DNA of 64,000 nt from Candidatus Latescibacterota bacterium (GCA_965243025.1 CBDETY010000003.1:5088001-5152000), one strand, 5' to 3'. Positions 50,191 through 60,065 are shown, counted from the stretch's first letter. Numbers and translations are program-made. Notes: generated from the letters alone by a model not told the origin.

Positions 50191-51649
50191 GCGGGAGCTT
50201 CCGCAGGACCGGTCCCCGCTCGAACGGGTGAAGGACTGGGGCGAGTTCCACCTTCACATGGGGGTGGAGAAGCTGCGGGACCAGGGCTCGCGCTGCATGG
50301 ACTGCGGCGTCCCGTTCTGCCACACCGGGGATACGATGAGCCGCAGCGACAAGGGGTCGGGCTGCCCGATCAACAACCTGATCCCCGAGTGGAACGACCT
50401 CGTTTACCGCGGCCTCTGGGAAGACGCCCTGGAGCGGCTCCACAAGACCAACAACTTCCCCGAGTTCACCGGGCGCGTCTGCCCCGCTCCCTGCGAGGGG
50501 GCCTGCGTGCTGGGAATCAGCGAGCCCCCGGTGACGATCAAGAACATCGAGGCCGCCATCGCCGACCACGGCTTCGCCTCGGGCACGGTGCTGCCGGAGC
50601 CGCCGGAGAAGCGGACCGGCAGGAAGGTCGCCGTCGTCGGGTCCGGCCCCGCCGGCCTGTCCTGCGCCGCGCAGCTCAACCGCGCCGGCCACTGGGTCAC
50701 CGTGTACGAGCGCGCCGACCGCATCGGCGGCCTGCTGATGTACGGCATCCCGAACATGAAGCTCGACAAGGCGGTGGTGACGAGGCGGCTGCAGCTGATG
50801 GAGGCCGAGGGGGTCGAGTTCGTGACCAACACCGAGATCGGCAAAGACATCCCGGCGCCGCAGCTGGCCGAGGAGTTCGACGCCGTGGTCCTGTGCGGGG
50901 GGGCGACCAAGGGCCGCGACATGCCGGTCGAGGGGCGCGAGCTCAACGGCGTCCACTTCGCCATGGAGTTCCTGACGGCGAACACGAAGAGCCTGATGGA
51001 CTCCGGCCACGCCGACGGCAACTACATCTCCGCAAAGGACAAGCACGTCGTCGTCATCGGCGGCGGCGACACCGGCACCGACTGCGTCGGCACCTCGATG
51101 CGCCACGGCTGCAGGAGCCTGACCCAGTTCGAGATCATGCCGCGGCCCCCGGACGAGCGCGCCCCGGACAATCCCTGGCCCGAGTGGCCGAACGTCTACC
51201 TGCTCGACTACGGCCAGGAAGAGGCGGCAGCCCGCTTCGGCGAGGACCCGCGCGCCTACCTGATCGACACCACGAGGTTCGTCGGCGACGGCGAGGGGAA
51301 CGTCAGGGAGCTGCACACGGTCGGGATCGAATGGGCGCAGGGCGCAAACGGCCGCATGGCGCCGCAGCCGGTTGCGGGGACCGAAAAGGTGTGGCCTGCC
51401 GATCTAGTGCTGCTGGCGATGGGGTTCCTCGGCCCTGAGGACACGGTGCTCGATCAGCTCGACGTCGAGCGGGACGAGCGTTCCAACGCCAGGGCCGAGC
51501 ACGGCCGCTTCGCCACCAGCGTCGAGGGGGTGTTCGCCGCCGGCGACATGAGGCGCGGACAGAGTCTCGTCGTGTGGGCGATCAACGAGGGCCGCGGCGC
51601 CGCCCGCGAGTGCGACCGCTACCTGATGGGGACGACCTCGCTGCCCTAG
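50159..51649 (+). CDS. gltD: glutamate synthase small subunit
   Basis: [49 protein letters not shown] and [15 protein letters not shown] motifs. Confidence 0.97.
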   Translation: MGKPTGFMEIERELPQDRSPLERVKDWGEFHLHMGVEKLRDQGSRCMDCGVPFCHTGDTMSRSDKGSGCPINNLIPEWNDLVYRGLWEDALERLHKTNNFPEFTGRVCPAPCEGACVLGISEPPVTIKNIEAAIADHGFASGTVLPEPPEKRTGRKVAVVGSGPAGLSCAAQLNRAGHWVTVYERADRIGGLLMYGIPNMKLDKAVVTRRLQLMEAEGVEFVTNTEIGKDIPAPQLAEEFDAVVLCGGATKGRDMPVEGRELNGVHFAMEFLTANTKSLMDSGHADGNYISAKDKHVVVIGGGDTGTDCVGTSMRHGCRSLTQFEIMPRPPDERAPDNPWPEWPNVYLLDYGQEEAAARFGEDPRAYLIDTTRFVGDGEGNVRELHTVGIEWAQGANGRMAPQPVAGTEKVWPADLVLLAMGFLGPEDTVLDQLDVERDERSNARAEHGRFATSVEGVFAAGDMRRGQSLVVWAINEGRGAARECDRYLMGTTSLP

Positions 51650-51755
51650 TCACCGTGGGTGCAGGCGGCGCGAATTCGGTCCTGATCGCCTCGTTCGTAC
51701 GTTTGCTTACTGAAATTCCCGCGTAGTCATAGGCAGAGCCCGACCTGTGTTTCGG

Positions 51756-51787
51756 AGCGCTCCCCGGTTGTCCGGGGGGCGCTTTTT
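51756..51787 (+). terminator. intrinsic terminator between convergent gltD and DUF4340 genes
   Basis: Hairpin AGCGCTCCCCGG-TTGT-CCGGGGGGCGCT followed by TTTT. Confidence 0.75.
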
Positions 51788-52815
51788 CATTGCCGCGCCA
51801 GCCGGTACGGAGAAGGGTCGGGCAGGGTGTCGGTGAGGGCGCTGCGGCCGGGAAACAGCAGCTCGGCGCTGCCGGCGTCGACGGCGCAGACCAGACCGGC
51901 CTCCTCGTTGCGCACGAACACCAGGTCCCCTTCCCTGCGGCCCACGTGCAGTACGTCGACGGTCCCGTCCTCGCCGGTCAGCTCGATGCGCTCGCCGTCG
52001 GAAAAGCCGTAGCCGCCGGCGCGCGGGTCGCGCAGGCTCTCGAAGCGGAGCTCCTTCAGAAAAGCCGTGTAGGCGAAGAGATTGGCGGTCAGGCATGTGT
52101 CGCTGCCGCCGTCGAAGGTCGCCACCCAGTCCCAGGCGTACTCCCCGGGCCGCGGCAGGTACAGACCTTCGGCCGGGGGCGGCCGCGGCACCCTTCTCAG
52201 CTGCCGCGGCGCCGGCCTTTCGCTGGTGAAATCGATCTGCACGATGGTGTTCCGCTCCAGCGCCTTGGGAAACAGGAACGGGTCGAGCATCGGGGGGTTG
52301 CCCCCGGCCAGGGCGTGGCGGGGGTTGGCGTGCAGGTGCCATATCCGGGCGCTGTCGCGGTTGCGGCGCACGTAAGCCTCCCCCGTGCGCCGGCCCGGAG
52401 CCCCGCGTCCCACGCGCACGTCCGCCAGCACCCCGGAATCGTCGGCCAAGACCACTTCGACCGCCTGCTGGGGCAGCAGCCCGTGGTCGCGGTCGTTCCC
52501 CGAAACGACGGTCCCCCAGGTCTCAAGAAGGCTCCGCAGCAGGAAGTCGACGCGGTCCTCCTGCACGTAGGCGCCGTGGTAGGACGGGTAGCGCCAGATC
52601 CCGCCCCGCTTCTCGTACACCCAGAGATGGCGTCCGCCCGGGGCGCGCACCTCGACGCGGCGGATCCGCTCCGGCACGATTTCGTCAGCCGGATCGAAAA
52701 GCACCTGCATGGTGCCGGCTTCGAGGCGCTTCTCCTCCCGGCGCTGGTCGATCCAGAAATCGGCGCCGATCAGCAGGAGGAGGACGGCCCCGAGGATGGG
52801 CGGAAGCCGGCTCAC
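51787..52815 (-). CDS. DUF4340-like membrane-anchored protein
   Basis: The GTG at 52815 overlaps the upstream TGA (GTGA); N-terminal TM helix; two similar halves (HGL../GYGF..VLHVG..VFVR); last gene of the Gld-type ABC operon. Confidence 0.65.
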   Translation of the reverse strand: MSRLPPILGAVLLLLIGADFWIDQRREEKRLEAGTMQVLFDPADEIVPERIRRVEVRAPGGRHLWVYEKRGGIWRYPSYHGAYVQEDRVDFLLRSLLETWGTVVSGNDRDHGLLPQQAVEVVLADDSGVLADVRVGRGAPGRRTGEAYVRRNRDSARIWHLHANPRHALAGGNPPMLDPFLFPKALERNTIVQIDFTSERPAPRQLRRVPRPPPAEGLYLPRPGEYAWDWVATFDGGSDTCLTANLFAYTAFLKELRFESLRDPRAGGYGFSDGERIELTGEDGTVDVLHVGRREGDLVFVRNEEAGLVCAVDAGSAELLFPGRSALTDTLPDPSPYRLARQ

Positions 52816-55800
52816 GACTGCTCCGCGCCGGGAGAAGCGCGCCGGCGCCAGCGGATCAGGGCGGCGGCGCCGAGGGCGAGCGGGGCGGCGCCGATGACGA
52901 CGAGGCGCCAGACCGCCCTGCCGGCGGGGTCGTGGTAGGCGAAGCCGCGCGCCTGGGGGTTGCGCGCCTGCAGCCGGGTCATGTCTGGACCGTAGACGGC
53001 GTCGGCGAGCAGGTTGAGCAGCAACTGGTCGTGGTCGAAGCCCGGCATCTGCAGATGGCCGTTCTTGAACATCTCGGAGCAGCCGACCAGAACCAGGCGC
53101 CCGCGGCGGCCGGAAAGAGGGAGCGCCTCGAGGTTGCTGCGCCCCTCCTCGTCCTCGACGAACCGGGCCTCGGGGAACTCGCCGCGCAGGTCGACGGTCA
53201 GCGGCTGCGGGCCGGCCACCTCCTCGGGCTCGGTCAGCGACTCCGGCGGCAGCCATCCACCCTTCCACGGGAAGCTCCAGGACTGCGGCGAGGTGCTGAT
53301 CAGCACCTGCGGCGCGAACGACTCGGGAAGCCCGGCGAGGTCGAAGCTGTTTCCCCAGATGAACAGCAGGTCGCCGAGGTCGCGGGTTATCGGCGATCCG
53401 GGGTCGTAGCGCTCGCCGACGGTGCGGATCAGGAACGGCAGGGCGACCTCCTGGGCGTCGTACTCCCGCACCGCGGTGCGGTTGACCTGGGTGTCGAGCC
53501 GCAGGCGGTGGCGGGTGCGGTCCATCAGCACCTGGCGCACCTGCTCGACGCCGGTCAGCCGCAGGTAGCGGTCGAGGTCCTGGAACTGGGGCTGGGGCCA
53601 GTACACGGTCTCGAAGCCGGTGCCCCGGTACTGGCGCTGCTGGATGTTGAAGTGCTGCATGGCGACGACGGCGGCGCCGCCGCCGGCGAGATGGCGGCTC
53701 AGCTGCAGGATGACCTCCCCCGAGTCGCGGCGCGGCTGCATCCAGAGGACGGCGTCGGAGTCCGGGGCCAGCTGCGGGTAGCGCGGGTTGACGTGATGGA
53801 CGCGGTATCCGTAGGCGGCGAGCATGCGCTTGAGATGGCTGTACACGTCGGTCCCGCCCGGGGCGCTCAGACCCTTCTTCTGGTAGTCCTCGAGGGCCTC
53901 GGCAGGGGACAGCCGCGGCAGGTCGGAGACGACCGACACCAGCGGGACCTCCCCGCTCTCCAGGCGGCGGAGGGCGGCCGCGATCAGGAAGTCGAGATGC
54001 ACCGAGGTGCGCCCGTCCAGCCGAGGAATCGCCGCCGCGCGGCCGCCGCGGCGCAGCAGCAGCCCGCTCCAGACGCTCTTGGAGACCACGGTGTCGCGGC
54101 GCACCTGCTCCACCTCGAACGGGGCGATTCCCGCCTGCACCAGGTCTTTCCTCGCTGGCGGGGGCAACGCCTCCGGCCGCACCACGGTCAGATCCACCCC
54201 GGCCTCGGCGAACGGCTCGACGACCCGGTGCTCCAGCGTCTTCAGGCTGGCCGGCAGGTTTGCCCGCGGCGAGAGAACCAGGTCGACGGTCAGCTCGTCC
54301 CGGATCAGCGCCAGCGACTCGACGACGCTCGCCGCTGGGGTGTTGACGCCGCCGGCGGTCAGGTCGACGTCGACGCGGGAGAAGGCGGCCACCACCCCGG
54401 CCGCCAGGGCGACGACGAGGAGGAGCGCCGCGGCCCCGGCCCGCACCCAGGGCAGGGGCGCCAGCAGGCGCAGCCCGGACAGGTTGCCCGACCTGCGGAA
54501 ACGCCACCACCCGTACGCCAGTATCAGCACCGGGGCGAGGCCGGCCACGAGCAGCCGCCACAGCAGGCGGGAAGCGCCGGTCAGGGGGGGCAGCACCGCA
54601 GGTTGCGCGCGGTCGACGGCGGTGCGGATCAGGCGCTCGCGGGAGGCGAAGGTGCGCACCAGGTCGTCTATCAGCACCGAGTGGCCGTACCCGGGCTGGC
54701 GCAGGATGCCGTCGCGGAAGGCGCTGGCCGAGGCGAGGACGACGAGCTGGCCGGCCCAGGGATCGCGGGGGGTCAGCAGCACCATCAGGTTCTGCTTCGG
54801 CACGGTTAGCGAGACGGCGAGGTCGGCCCCGGTCAGCAGGTCGCCGGTGAGGGGGCGCACCCAGGCGTGCTCGGTGGTCGTGGCGACGACCTGGGCGCCG
54901 TACCCGGCCTGGGCGGCGCGCCCCGGATCGACAGCAAGGGGGCTGGCGGCGACGAAGCTCAGGCCGCCGCGCGCCGGGGTGAGGAAGCGCCTGAAATCCC
55001 GGAAGGCGGGAAGATTGCGCAGGTGAAAGGGGGCCTCGACTTCGCGCACCGAACCGTCGGCGAGGGGCACGGGAAGCGGGCCGGCGTTGCGGTCCATCAC
55101 CAGGTCGGGGACCGGCCGCAGGCCGAAGGGACGCAGCAGCTCGCTCCAGGCCGGAGACCCTTCGACCATGCGGAACAGCACCGAGTCGCCGCGGGCGTGG
55201 TAGCTCGCCTCGTAGGAGCTGCCGGCGAGCACCGCGGTCCGCCCCGAGGCGACGAACCGCTTGAGCTGCTGCACGTGCCGGTCCGTAACCTGCCGCGGCG
55301 CGAACCAGAACAGCATGTCGGTGTCGGGCGGGATGTAGGGGGAGCGGTCGAGGTCGACCTGCACGACGGGGCCGTGCTGGCTCAGGAACTGCGGGAACTC
55401 GACGAACCCGCCGCCGGCCGGAGCGGAGAAGGCGAAGTCCGCCTGCGGCGGGGCGAACAGGGTCTGCAGATGGGCGCGCACCCACTGCTCGAGGTAGGGC
55501 AGGTGGGTGTCCTCGATCCCCTGGATGAGCACCTCCGGGTGGTTCTCGAAGCTCAGCACCAGGGAGGACCAGACCTTCTCCTCCCCGTGCTCGTCCCGCT
55601 CGATGCGACGCACGCTGATCGGGGAGACCTTCCGGCGCGCCGCGTACCCGGCCCCGGCATCGCCGCTCAGCTCGGGATAGATGACCCGGGTGTCGACGCG
55701 GTCCGGGGCTTCGGAGCGAAACGCCGCCAGCAGGGCGCGGACCTCCCCCTCGACTTCCTTCAGGTGCGACGGCATGCGCTCCCGCGGCGAGACGAACAGG

Positions 55801-55985
55801 GTGAAGGTCATCCTGCCGTCGAGCCGCTCGAGAAGGGCGCGGGTCTTCGAGGTCAGGGAGGCCGGCGAGAGCCCGACGAAGTCGATCTCGGCGCGGCCGG
55901 CCGACTTCAGGATCCGGCTGCCGAAAACGGAGATCGCCAGGAGCAGGAAGAAGCAGAGGAGGGACTGCAGGGCGAAGCGGGACAC
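52812..55985 (-). CDS. GldG-family ABC auxiliary protein with two tandem GldG-like modules
   Basis: 1057 aa. Module 1: SLTSKTRALLERLDGRMTFTLFVS..VWSSLVL. Module 2: DLTAGGVNT..VDLVLSP..VWSGLLL. TM segments lie between the modules and at the C-terminus. Confidence 0.75.
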   Translation of the reverse strand: MSRFALQSLLCFFLLLAISVFGSRILKSAGRAEIDFVGLSPASLTSKTRALLERLDGRMTFTLFVSPRERMPSHLKEVEGEVRALLAAFRSEAPDRVDTRVIYPELSGDAGAGYAARRKVSPISVRRIERDEHGEEKVWSSLVLSFENHPEVLIQGIEDTHLPYLEQWVRAHLQTLFAPPQADFAFSAPAGGGFVEFPQFLSQHGPVVQVDLDRSPYIPPDTDMLFWFAPRQVTDRHVQQLKRFVASGRTAVLAGSSYEASYHARGDSVLFRMVEGSPAWSELLRPFGLRPVPDLVMDRNAGPLPVPLADGSVREVEAPFHLRNLPAFRDFRRFLTPARGGLSFVAASPLAVDPGRAAQAGYGAQVVATTTEHAWVRPLTGDLLTGADLAVSLTVPKQNLMVLLTPRDPWAGQLVVLASASAFRDGILRQPGYGHSVLIDDLVRTFASRERLIRTAVDRAQPAVLPPLTGASRLLWRLLVAGLAPVLILAYGWWRFRRSGNLSGLRLLAPLPWVRAGAAALLLVVALAAGVVAAFSRVDVDLTAGGVNTPAASVVESLALIRDELTVDLVLSPRANLPASLKTLEHRVVEPFAEAGVDLTVVRPEALPPPARKDLVQAGIAPFEVEQVRRDTVVSKSVWSGLLLRRGGRAAAIPRLDGRTSVHLDFLIAAALRRLESGEVPLVSVVSDLPRLSPAEALEDYQKKGLSAPGGTDVYSHLKRMLAAYGYRVHHVNPRYPQLAPDSDAVLWMQPRRDSGEVILQLSRHLAGGGAAVVAMQHFNIQQRQYRGTGFETVYWPQPQFQDLDRYLRLTGVEQVRQVLMDRTRHRLRLDTQVNRTAVREYDAQEVALPFLIRTVGERYDPGSPITRDLGDLLFIWGNSFDLAGLPESFAPQVLISTSPQSWSFPWKGGWLPPESLTEPEEVAGPQPLTVDLRGEFPEARFVEDEEGRSNLEALPLSGRRGRLVLVGCSEMFKNGHLQMPGFDHDQLLLNLLADAVYGPDMTRLQARNPQARGFAYHDPAGRAVWRLVVIGAAPLALGAAALIRWRRRASPGAEQS

Positions 55986-55989
55986 CGGC

Positions 55990-56787
55990 TCAGTACTTGA
56001 TGCGCTTGAGGGTGATCTCGTTCATCCACAGGAAGAAGGCGCCCATCAGCAGGAAATAGAGCAGCCCGTCCAGTCCGACGACGCCGCGGGTGAATGCCTC
56101 GTAGTGGGGCATGACGGAGACCGACTGGTAGATGCGGCTGCCCAGCTCCCAGCCCGGGGCGAGGCCGTCGAGCACGGCCACCACCTTTTCGTGGCCGCTG
56201 AGGACGAACAGGAACCCCAGCAGGGTGGCGAGCACGAACGAGACGATCTGGTTCTGCGTCAGGCCGGAGACGAAGACGCCGAAAGAGAGGAAGAAGGCCC
56301 CGAGGAAGACGGCCCCGAGGTAGCTGGAGAAAATCAGCCCCAAGTCCGGGTCGCCGAGCCAGAACAGCATCACCGCGATCGGGGTGGTGCCGGCCAGCAC
56401 GAGGAGGTAGAACAGCAGGGCGGCGGCGTACTTGCCGGCGACGAACTGGATCGACCGCAGCGGCAGGGTCATGATCAGCTCGAAGGTGTTCTGGGCGTGC
56501 TCCTCCGACCAGGTGCGCATCGTCATCGCCGGGACGAACGGAATCAGCAGGAACGGCAGGGTCTCGAAGAAGGGGGACATGTCGGCGACGGAGAGCAGGA
56601 AGAAGGAGTTCATGAAGGTGGTGCCGGACAGGACGAGAAAGACCGTGGCGTAGATGTAGGCGATGGGGGAGTCGAAGCAGGCGGCGAGCTCCCGCTGCAC
56701 GATCACCCAGGTGCCCGACGCGAATCCCGGGTCTCGGGAGGGGGAACCGGCCGCCGCCGGGGTTTCGCTAGCGGCCGCCATCGCCAT
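55990..56787 (-). CDS. GldF-like ABC-2 permease
   Basis: RELAACFDSPIAY, PAMTMRTWSEE, ELIMTLP, GKY and TQNQIVSF motifs. Confidence 0.88.
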   Translation of the reverse strand: MAMAAASETPAAAGSPSRDPGFASGTWVIVQRELAACFDSPIAYIYATVFLVLSGTTFMNSFFLLSVADMSPFFETLPFLLIPFVPAMTMRTWSEEHAQNTFELIMTLPLRSIQFVAGKYAAALLFYLLVLAGTTPIAVMLFWLGDPDLGLIFSSYLGAVFLGAFFLSFGVFVSGLTQNQIVSFVLATLLGFLFVLSGHEKVVAVLDGLAPGWELGSRIYQSVSVMPHYEAFTRGVVGLDGLLYFLLMGAFFLWMNEITLKRIKY

Positions 56788-57511
56788 CCGGGGAAGTGCG
56801 CACCCGGTGCGCGAAGATCTCTTCGAGAGCCGCCCCCTCCATGCCGGAACCGGCGGCGAGCTCCTCAATGGTGCCGTCGCCGAGAAGCCGGCCCTGGTGG
56901 ATGATCAGGACGCGGTCGCTGATCGCCTCGACGTCGGGCACGATGTGGGTGCTGAACAGTATTGCCCGCCCGGACTTCAGCTCGCCCAGCATTTCGCGGA
57001 AGGCGATCACCTGCAGCGGATCGAAGCCGTGGGTCGGCTCGTCGAGCAGGAGGATGGGGGGGTCGTGGATCATCGCCGAGGCCAGGCCGACCCGCTGCCG
57101 GAACCCGGTGGAGCACTGGGAGATGCGCTGCGCCAGCACCGAGCCGATGCCGCACAGTTCGACAGTGCGCTCGAAGTGCGGTTCGAGCTCGCCCTCCCGC
57201 AGGCCGCGGGCCCTGGCGACGAACCGGAGGAAGTCGTCGACCCGCATGTCGCGGTAGAGCGGCGTGTCGCCGGCGAGGTAGCCGATGGCGCGGCGCACCT
57301 CGAGGGGCTGCTCGACGACGTCGAAGCCGGCGACGGAGATGGCGCCCGCGGTCGGGTAGATGTAGGTCGACAGCATCTTGAGGACGGTGCTCTTGCCGGC
57401 CCCGTTGGGACCGACGAAGCCGACGACCTCGTCCCGGTCGACGGTGAAGCTGACGCCGTCGACCGCGGTCAGGGCGCCGTATTTCCTGGTGACGTTTTCA
57501 AGGGCGATCAT
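56768..57511 (-). CDS. GldA-like ABC transporter ATP-binding protein
   Basis: Walker A GPNGAGKST, signature CSTGFRQRVG, Walker B LLLDEPT, and STH. Confidence 0.93.
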   Translation of the reverse strand: MIALENVTRKYGALTAVDGVSFTVDRDEVVGFVGPNGAGKSTVLKMLSTYIYPTAGAISVAGFDVVEQPLEVRRAIGYLAGDTPLYRDMRVDDFLRFVARARGLREGELEPHFERTVELCGIGSVLAQRISQCSTGFRQRVGLASAMIHDPPILLLDEPTHGFDPLQVIAFREMLGELKSGRAILFSTHIVPDVEAISDRVLIIHQGRLLGDGTIEELAAGSGMEGAALEEIFAHRVRTSPDGDGGR

Positions 57512-57574
57512 GAAGGGATAATTTCGGGATTCAGGTTTCGGCCTTCAACGGAACCGCCCCGTTCGGCCGGGAAA

Positions 57575-57602
57575 TTGACCCTCTCCGGGGGGCATCTATA
57601 CT
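57575..57602 (+). promoter_or_regulatory. putative sigma70 promoter
   Basis: TTGACC-N16-TATACT upstream of 57634. Confidence 0.6.
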
Positions 57603-57633
57603 ACAGGCGGACCCCATTTCCGGGAGACTGAAC

Positions 57634-58281
57634 GTGAGCGACGGCGAAGAGAAGAAGGAACTCAGCGGCCTGCAGTGGCTGTCGCAGGAGCGCCCCGAGG
57701 CGATGGGGCACCTGCTGTCGTTCTTCCGCGAGTCCGGGCGGCACCTCGACCCGAAGACCCGCTTCCTGATCTCCATCGTCACCAAGGTCGTCAACTTCTC
57801 GCCGCGCGGACTGCGCCAGTACATCCCGCGCGCCGTGCGGGAAGGGGCGAGCCGCGACGAGGTGATCGACGCCATCCTGTGCGCCTACCCGGCCGCCGGG
57901 CTCGTCAACGTCGTCGATGCCATCCAGGTGCTGCGCTCTCTCGACCTCCCGGACAGCCCCGCCGGGCCCCCGGCGGAGGCGGAGTGGACGGCGGTCGCCA
58001 GGGCGGACGAGATCGAGGAGAACGGCGCCAGGGTCGTGCAGGTCGGAGACAAGCCTATCGCCGTCTTCAACGCCGGCGGGCGTTTCCTGGCCATCTCCAA
58101 CACCTGCCTGCACCAGGGGGGCTACCTCGGGCTCGGCAGCCTGGACGGAACCGCCGTCACCTGCAGCCGCCACGGCTGGCAGTTCGACGTCGCCAGCGGC
58201 GAGTGCCTCTCCCATCCGGGGCGGGCGGTCGAGTCCTACGAGGTCCGCGTCGAGGACGGGCAGGTGCTGGTACTGGCGTAG
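57634..58281 (+). CDS. CMD/AhpD-like domain fused to a Rieske [2Fe-2S] ferredoxin
   Basis: LDPKTRFLISI..AVREGASRDEVIDAI..YPAAG (CMD-like), then CLHQGG and CSRHGWQFD (Rieske ligands). Confidence 0.85.
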   Translation: MSDGEEKKELSGLQWLSQERPEAMGHLLSFFRESGRHLDPKTRFLISIVTKVVNFSPRGLRQYIPRAVREGASRDEVIDAILCAYPAAGLVNVVDAIQVLRSLDLPDSPAGPPAEAEWTAVARADEIEENGARVVQVGDKPIAVFNAGGRFLAISNTCLHQGGYLGLGSLDGTAVTCSRHGWQFDVASGECLSHPGRAVESYEVRVEDGQVLVLA

Positions 58282-58300
58282 AGCCTCCGCCCGGCTGCGC

Positions 58301-58508
58301 GCCCGCACCTGCGGTTGGAATCCTTCGGATTCGTTTCGGGAACGGCCTGGCTCGATTTCTGGTCGCGAAGGGCGTTCCGAAGGCGCGCCGCCCCCTCAAT
58401 CCGGGTTTCAGCAGATTCGGCCAGCCCGCCGCAACGGGCGCATCGGCCTGAAGCAGTCGTCCACGCCTGGAACCTGTTCGAGCCCGGGCTGCACTGCCCA
58501 CTGCGGGT
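58301..58508 (+). ncRNA. candidate rod-like structured RNA (6S RNA-like)
   Basis: Nested long-range pairings found by eye; G-U pairs favour the + strand; the 3' half resembles the 6S GAACC..GTTC segment. Confidence 0.35.
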
Positions 58509-58608
58509 GAATGCCGGCGCTTCTTTTCCCCCGGGATATTTCCGTCAACACCCGGCAGCAGCCATGTCTCGGGCGTCGATTTCCCCCCGAGCAGGAGTGC
58601 CCGCCGAC

Positions 58609-59262
58609 TCATCCCCAAAGCCGCGGATCGACCCTCGCCTCGGCGAGGTACAGCTCTACCGCCCGCAGCGACCTGGCGATCACCGCGGCGATGTCCGGTG
58701 GGTAGCGGGCGAACGCCTCCGCGGTTATCCGCGCGCGTCCCGGTTCGCCGGGACCATCGGCGTAACGCACCGCCGCCTCGACGCTTTCGGTTTCCCCTTC
58801 GAGCAGCCGCAGCAGCGGTTTCAGCGGCACGTGCAGGAAGCCGTCGCTCTCCTCGCTGAAAGACACCTCTTCCAGCCCGATTTCCCGGATCACCAGGTAG
58901 GAGTGCTGGATCACGCGGGGGCAGTTCCGCTCCTGCCCTTCCAGCCGGGTGCTGCCGAGATAGTGGAGGTCCCGCTCCCCGAGAAGGATGCCGGCCTCCT
59001 CCTCGAACTCGCGCACCCCCGCCTGGCGGTGCGACTCGGAGGCCATGACGTGGCCGCCCGCGGGGGCATCGAGACTGCGGACGAAGGGGTCGCCGCGGCG
59101 CCCCCGTTGCTGCAGCAGCAGAACCGGCTCGGCGCCGCGCAGCCATGCGCACCAGACGAACACCAGCCAGTGCCAGTCCCCGTCCCTGTGGACCTCGTCG
59201 CGGGTCTTGGAACCGAGCCGGCGGCCGGCGCCGTCGAAGAAAGCGAGAACTTCCGCGCTCAC
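58609..59262 (-). CDS. NUDIX hydrolase (IDI-like)
   Basis: GTG at 59262 overlapping the rhomboid stop; RDEVHRDGDWH, LLQQR and the Nudix box AGGHVMASESHRQAGVREFEEEAGI. Confidence 0.85.
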   Translation of the reverse strand: MSAEVLAFFDGAGRRLGSKTRDEVHRDGDWHWLVFVWCAWLRGAEPVLLLQQRGRRGDPFVRSLDAPAGGHVMASESHRQAGVREFEEEAGILLGERDLHYLGSTRLEGQERNCPRVIQHSYLVIREIGLEEVSFSEESDGFLHVPLKPLLRLLEGETESVEAAVRYADGPGEPGRARITAEAFARYPPDIAAVIARSLRAVELYLAEARVDPRLWG

Positions 59263-60065
59263 CCCGAAATGACGGCGATGAACTGGAACAGGAAGGCGAA
59301 GATGGTCAGGGCCAGCAGGGCGCCTGCCAGCAGGTAGGTGCCGATTCCCTCGCGGTCGCTGTAGTCGCGGCTGAAGGCGTAGGCGGTGACGTAGCCGCCG
59401 GCGAAGCCGCCCGCGTGGGCCCAGTTGTCGACCCCGGAAAAGATGAAGCCGAAGATGAAGAGGATCACCGCCCACTGCAGGAAGTGGCGGGTGAACATCG
59501 AGCTGCCGCGCTGGCGGCCGAAGACGATGGCGGCGGCGAGCAGTCCGAAGATGGACCCGGAGGCCCCGAGGGTGTAGTGGTTGCCCATCAGCACGGAGAG
59601 GGCGAAACCACAGGCCCCGGATACGGTGAATATGATGAACAGGCGGAACGGCCCGAACAGCTCGCTGACCATCGGCCCGAGCTGCCGCACCCAGAGCATG
59701 TTGAAGAGGATGTGCAGAAGCCCCCCGTGCAGGTAGATCGCGGTGATAATCGTCCACCAGTGCCCCTGCACCATCACGGGAACGACCCCGGTCATTCCGA
59801 GCATCAGGGTCGCGTTCCCGCTCGGGGCCAGAAAGCGGAACAGGTCGAAGCTGCGGAAGATGGCGCCGGGATCAATCGCCAGTCCGACGATGTAGAGAAT
59901 GACGCACACCGTGGTGATCAGGCTGGGAAAGTCGATGGAGACCCCCAGCTTGCGGAACCACGAGGTGAACCCCCACATGCCGGGCCTCACCTGGCCGCAA
60001 AAGGGACAGCGCGCTTCGGAGCTGCTGATCAGCTTGTGGCACCTGGGACAGAGGATGGCGGGCAT
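59259..60065 (-). CDS. rhomboid intramembrane serine protease with N-terminal zinc ribbon
   Basis: CPRC..CPFC; LHGGLLHILFNM; catalytic GASG and AHAGG. Confidence 0.92.
   Translation of the reverse strand: MPAILCPRCHKLISSSEARCPFCGQVRPGMWGFTSWFRKLGVSIDFPSLITTVCVILYIVGLAIDPGAIFRSFDLFRFLAPSGNATLMLGMTGVVPVMVQGHWWTIITAIYLHGGLLHILFNMLWVRQLGPMVSELFGPFRLFIIFTVSGACGFALSVLMGNHYTLGASGSIFGLLAAAIVFGRQRGSSMFTRHFLQWAVILFIFGFIFSGVDNWAHAGGFAGGYVTAYAFSRDYSDREGIGTYLLAGALLALTIFAFLFQFIAVISG

Noticed and set aside
45194-51316. 2040-aa minus-strand ORF, and similar long antisense ORFs (6456..8705, 22057..25056, 36377..39370, 40102..43236)
   Set aside because: Stop-poor reverse frames of high-GC genes with clear identities on the opposite strand.
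51650-51755. Possible small RNA or riboswitch after gltD
   Set aside because: Only the terminator hairpin is supportable; no recognisable aptamer or convincing promoter.
52816-55485. N-terminal 890 codons of the 1232-aa ORF 51787..55485
   Set aside because: Arg/Pro-rich alternative frame overlapping the GldG gene; the real gene starts at the GTG at 52815.
58330-58420. Hammerhead-like CTGCTGA...GAAAC on the minus strand
   Set aside because: The core deviates from CUGANGA and the required stems could not be built.
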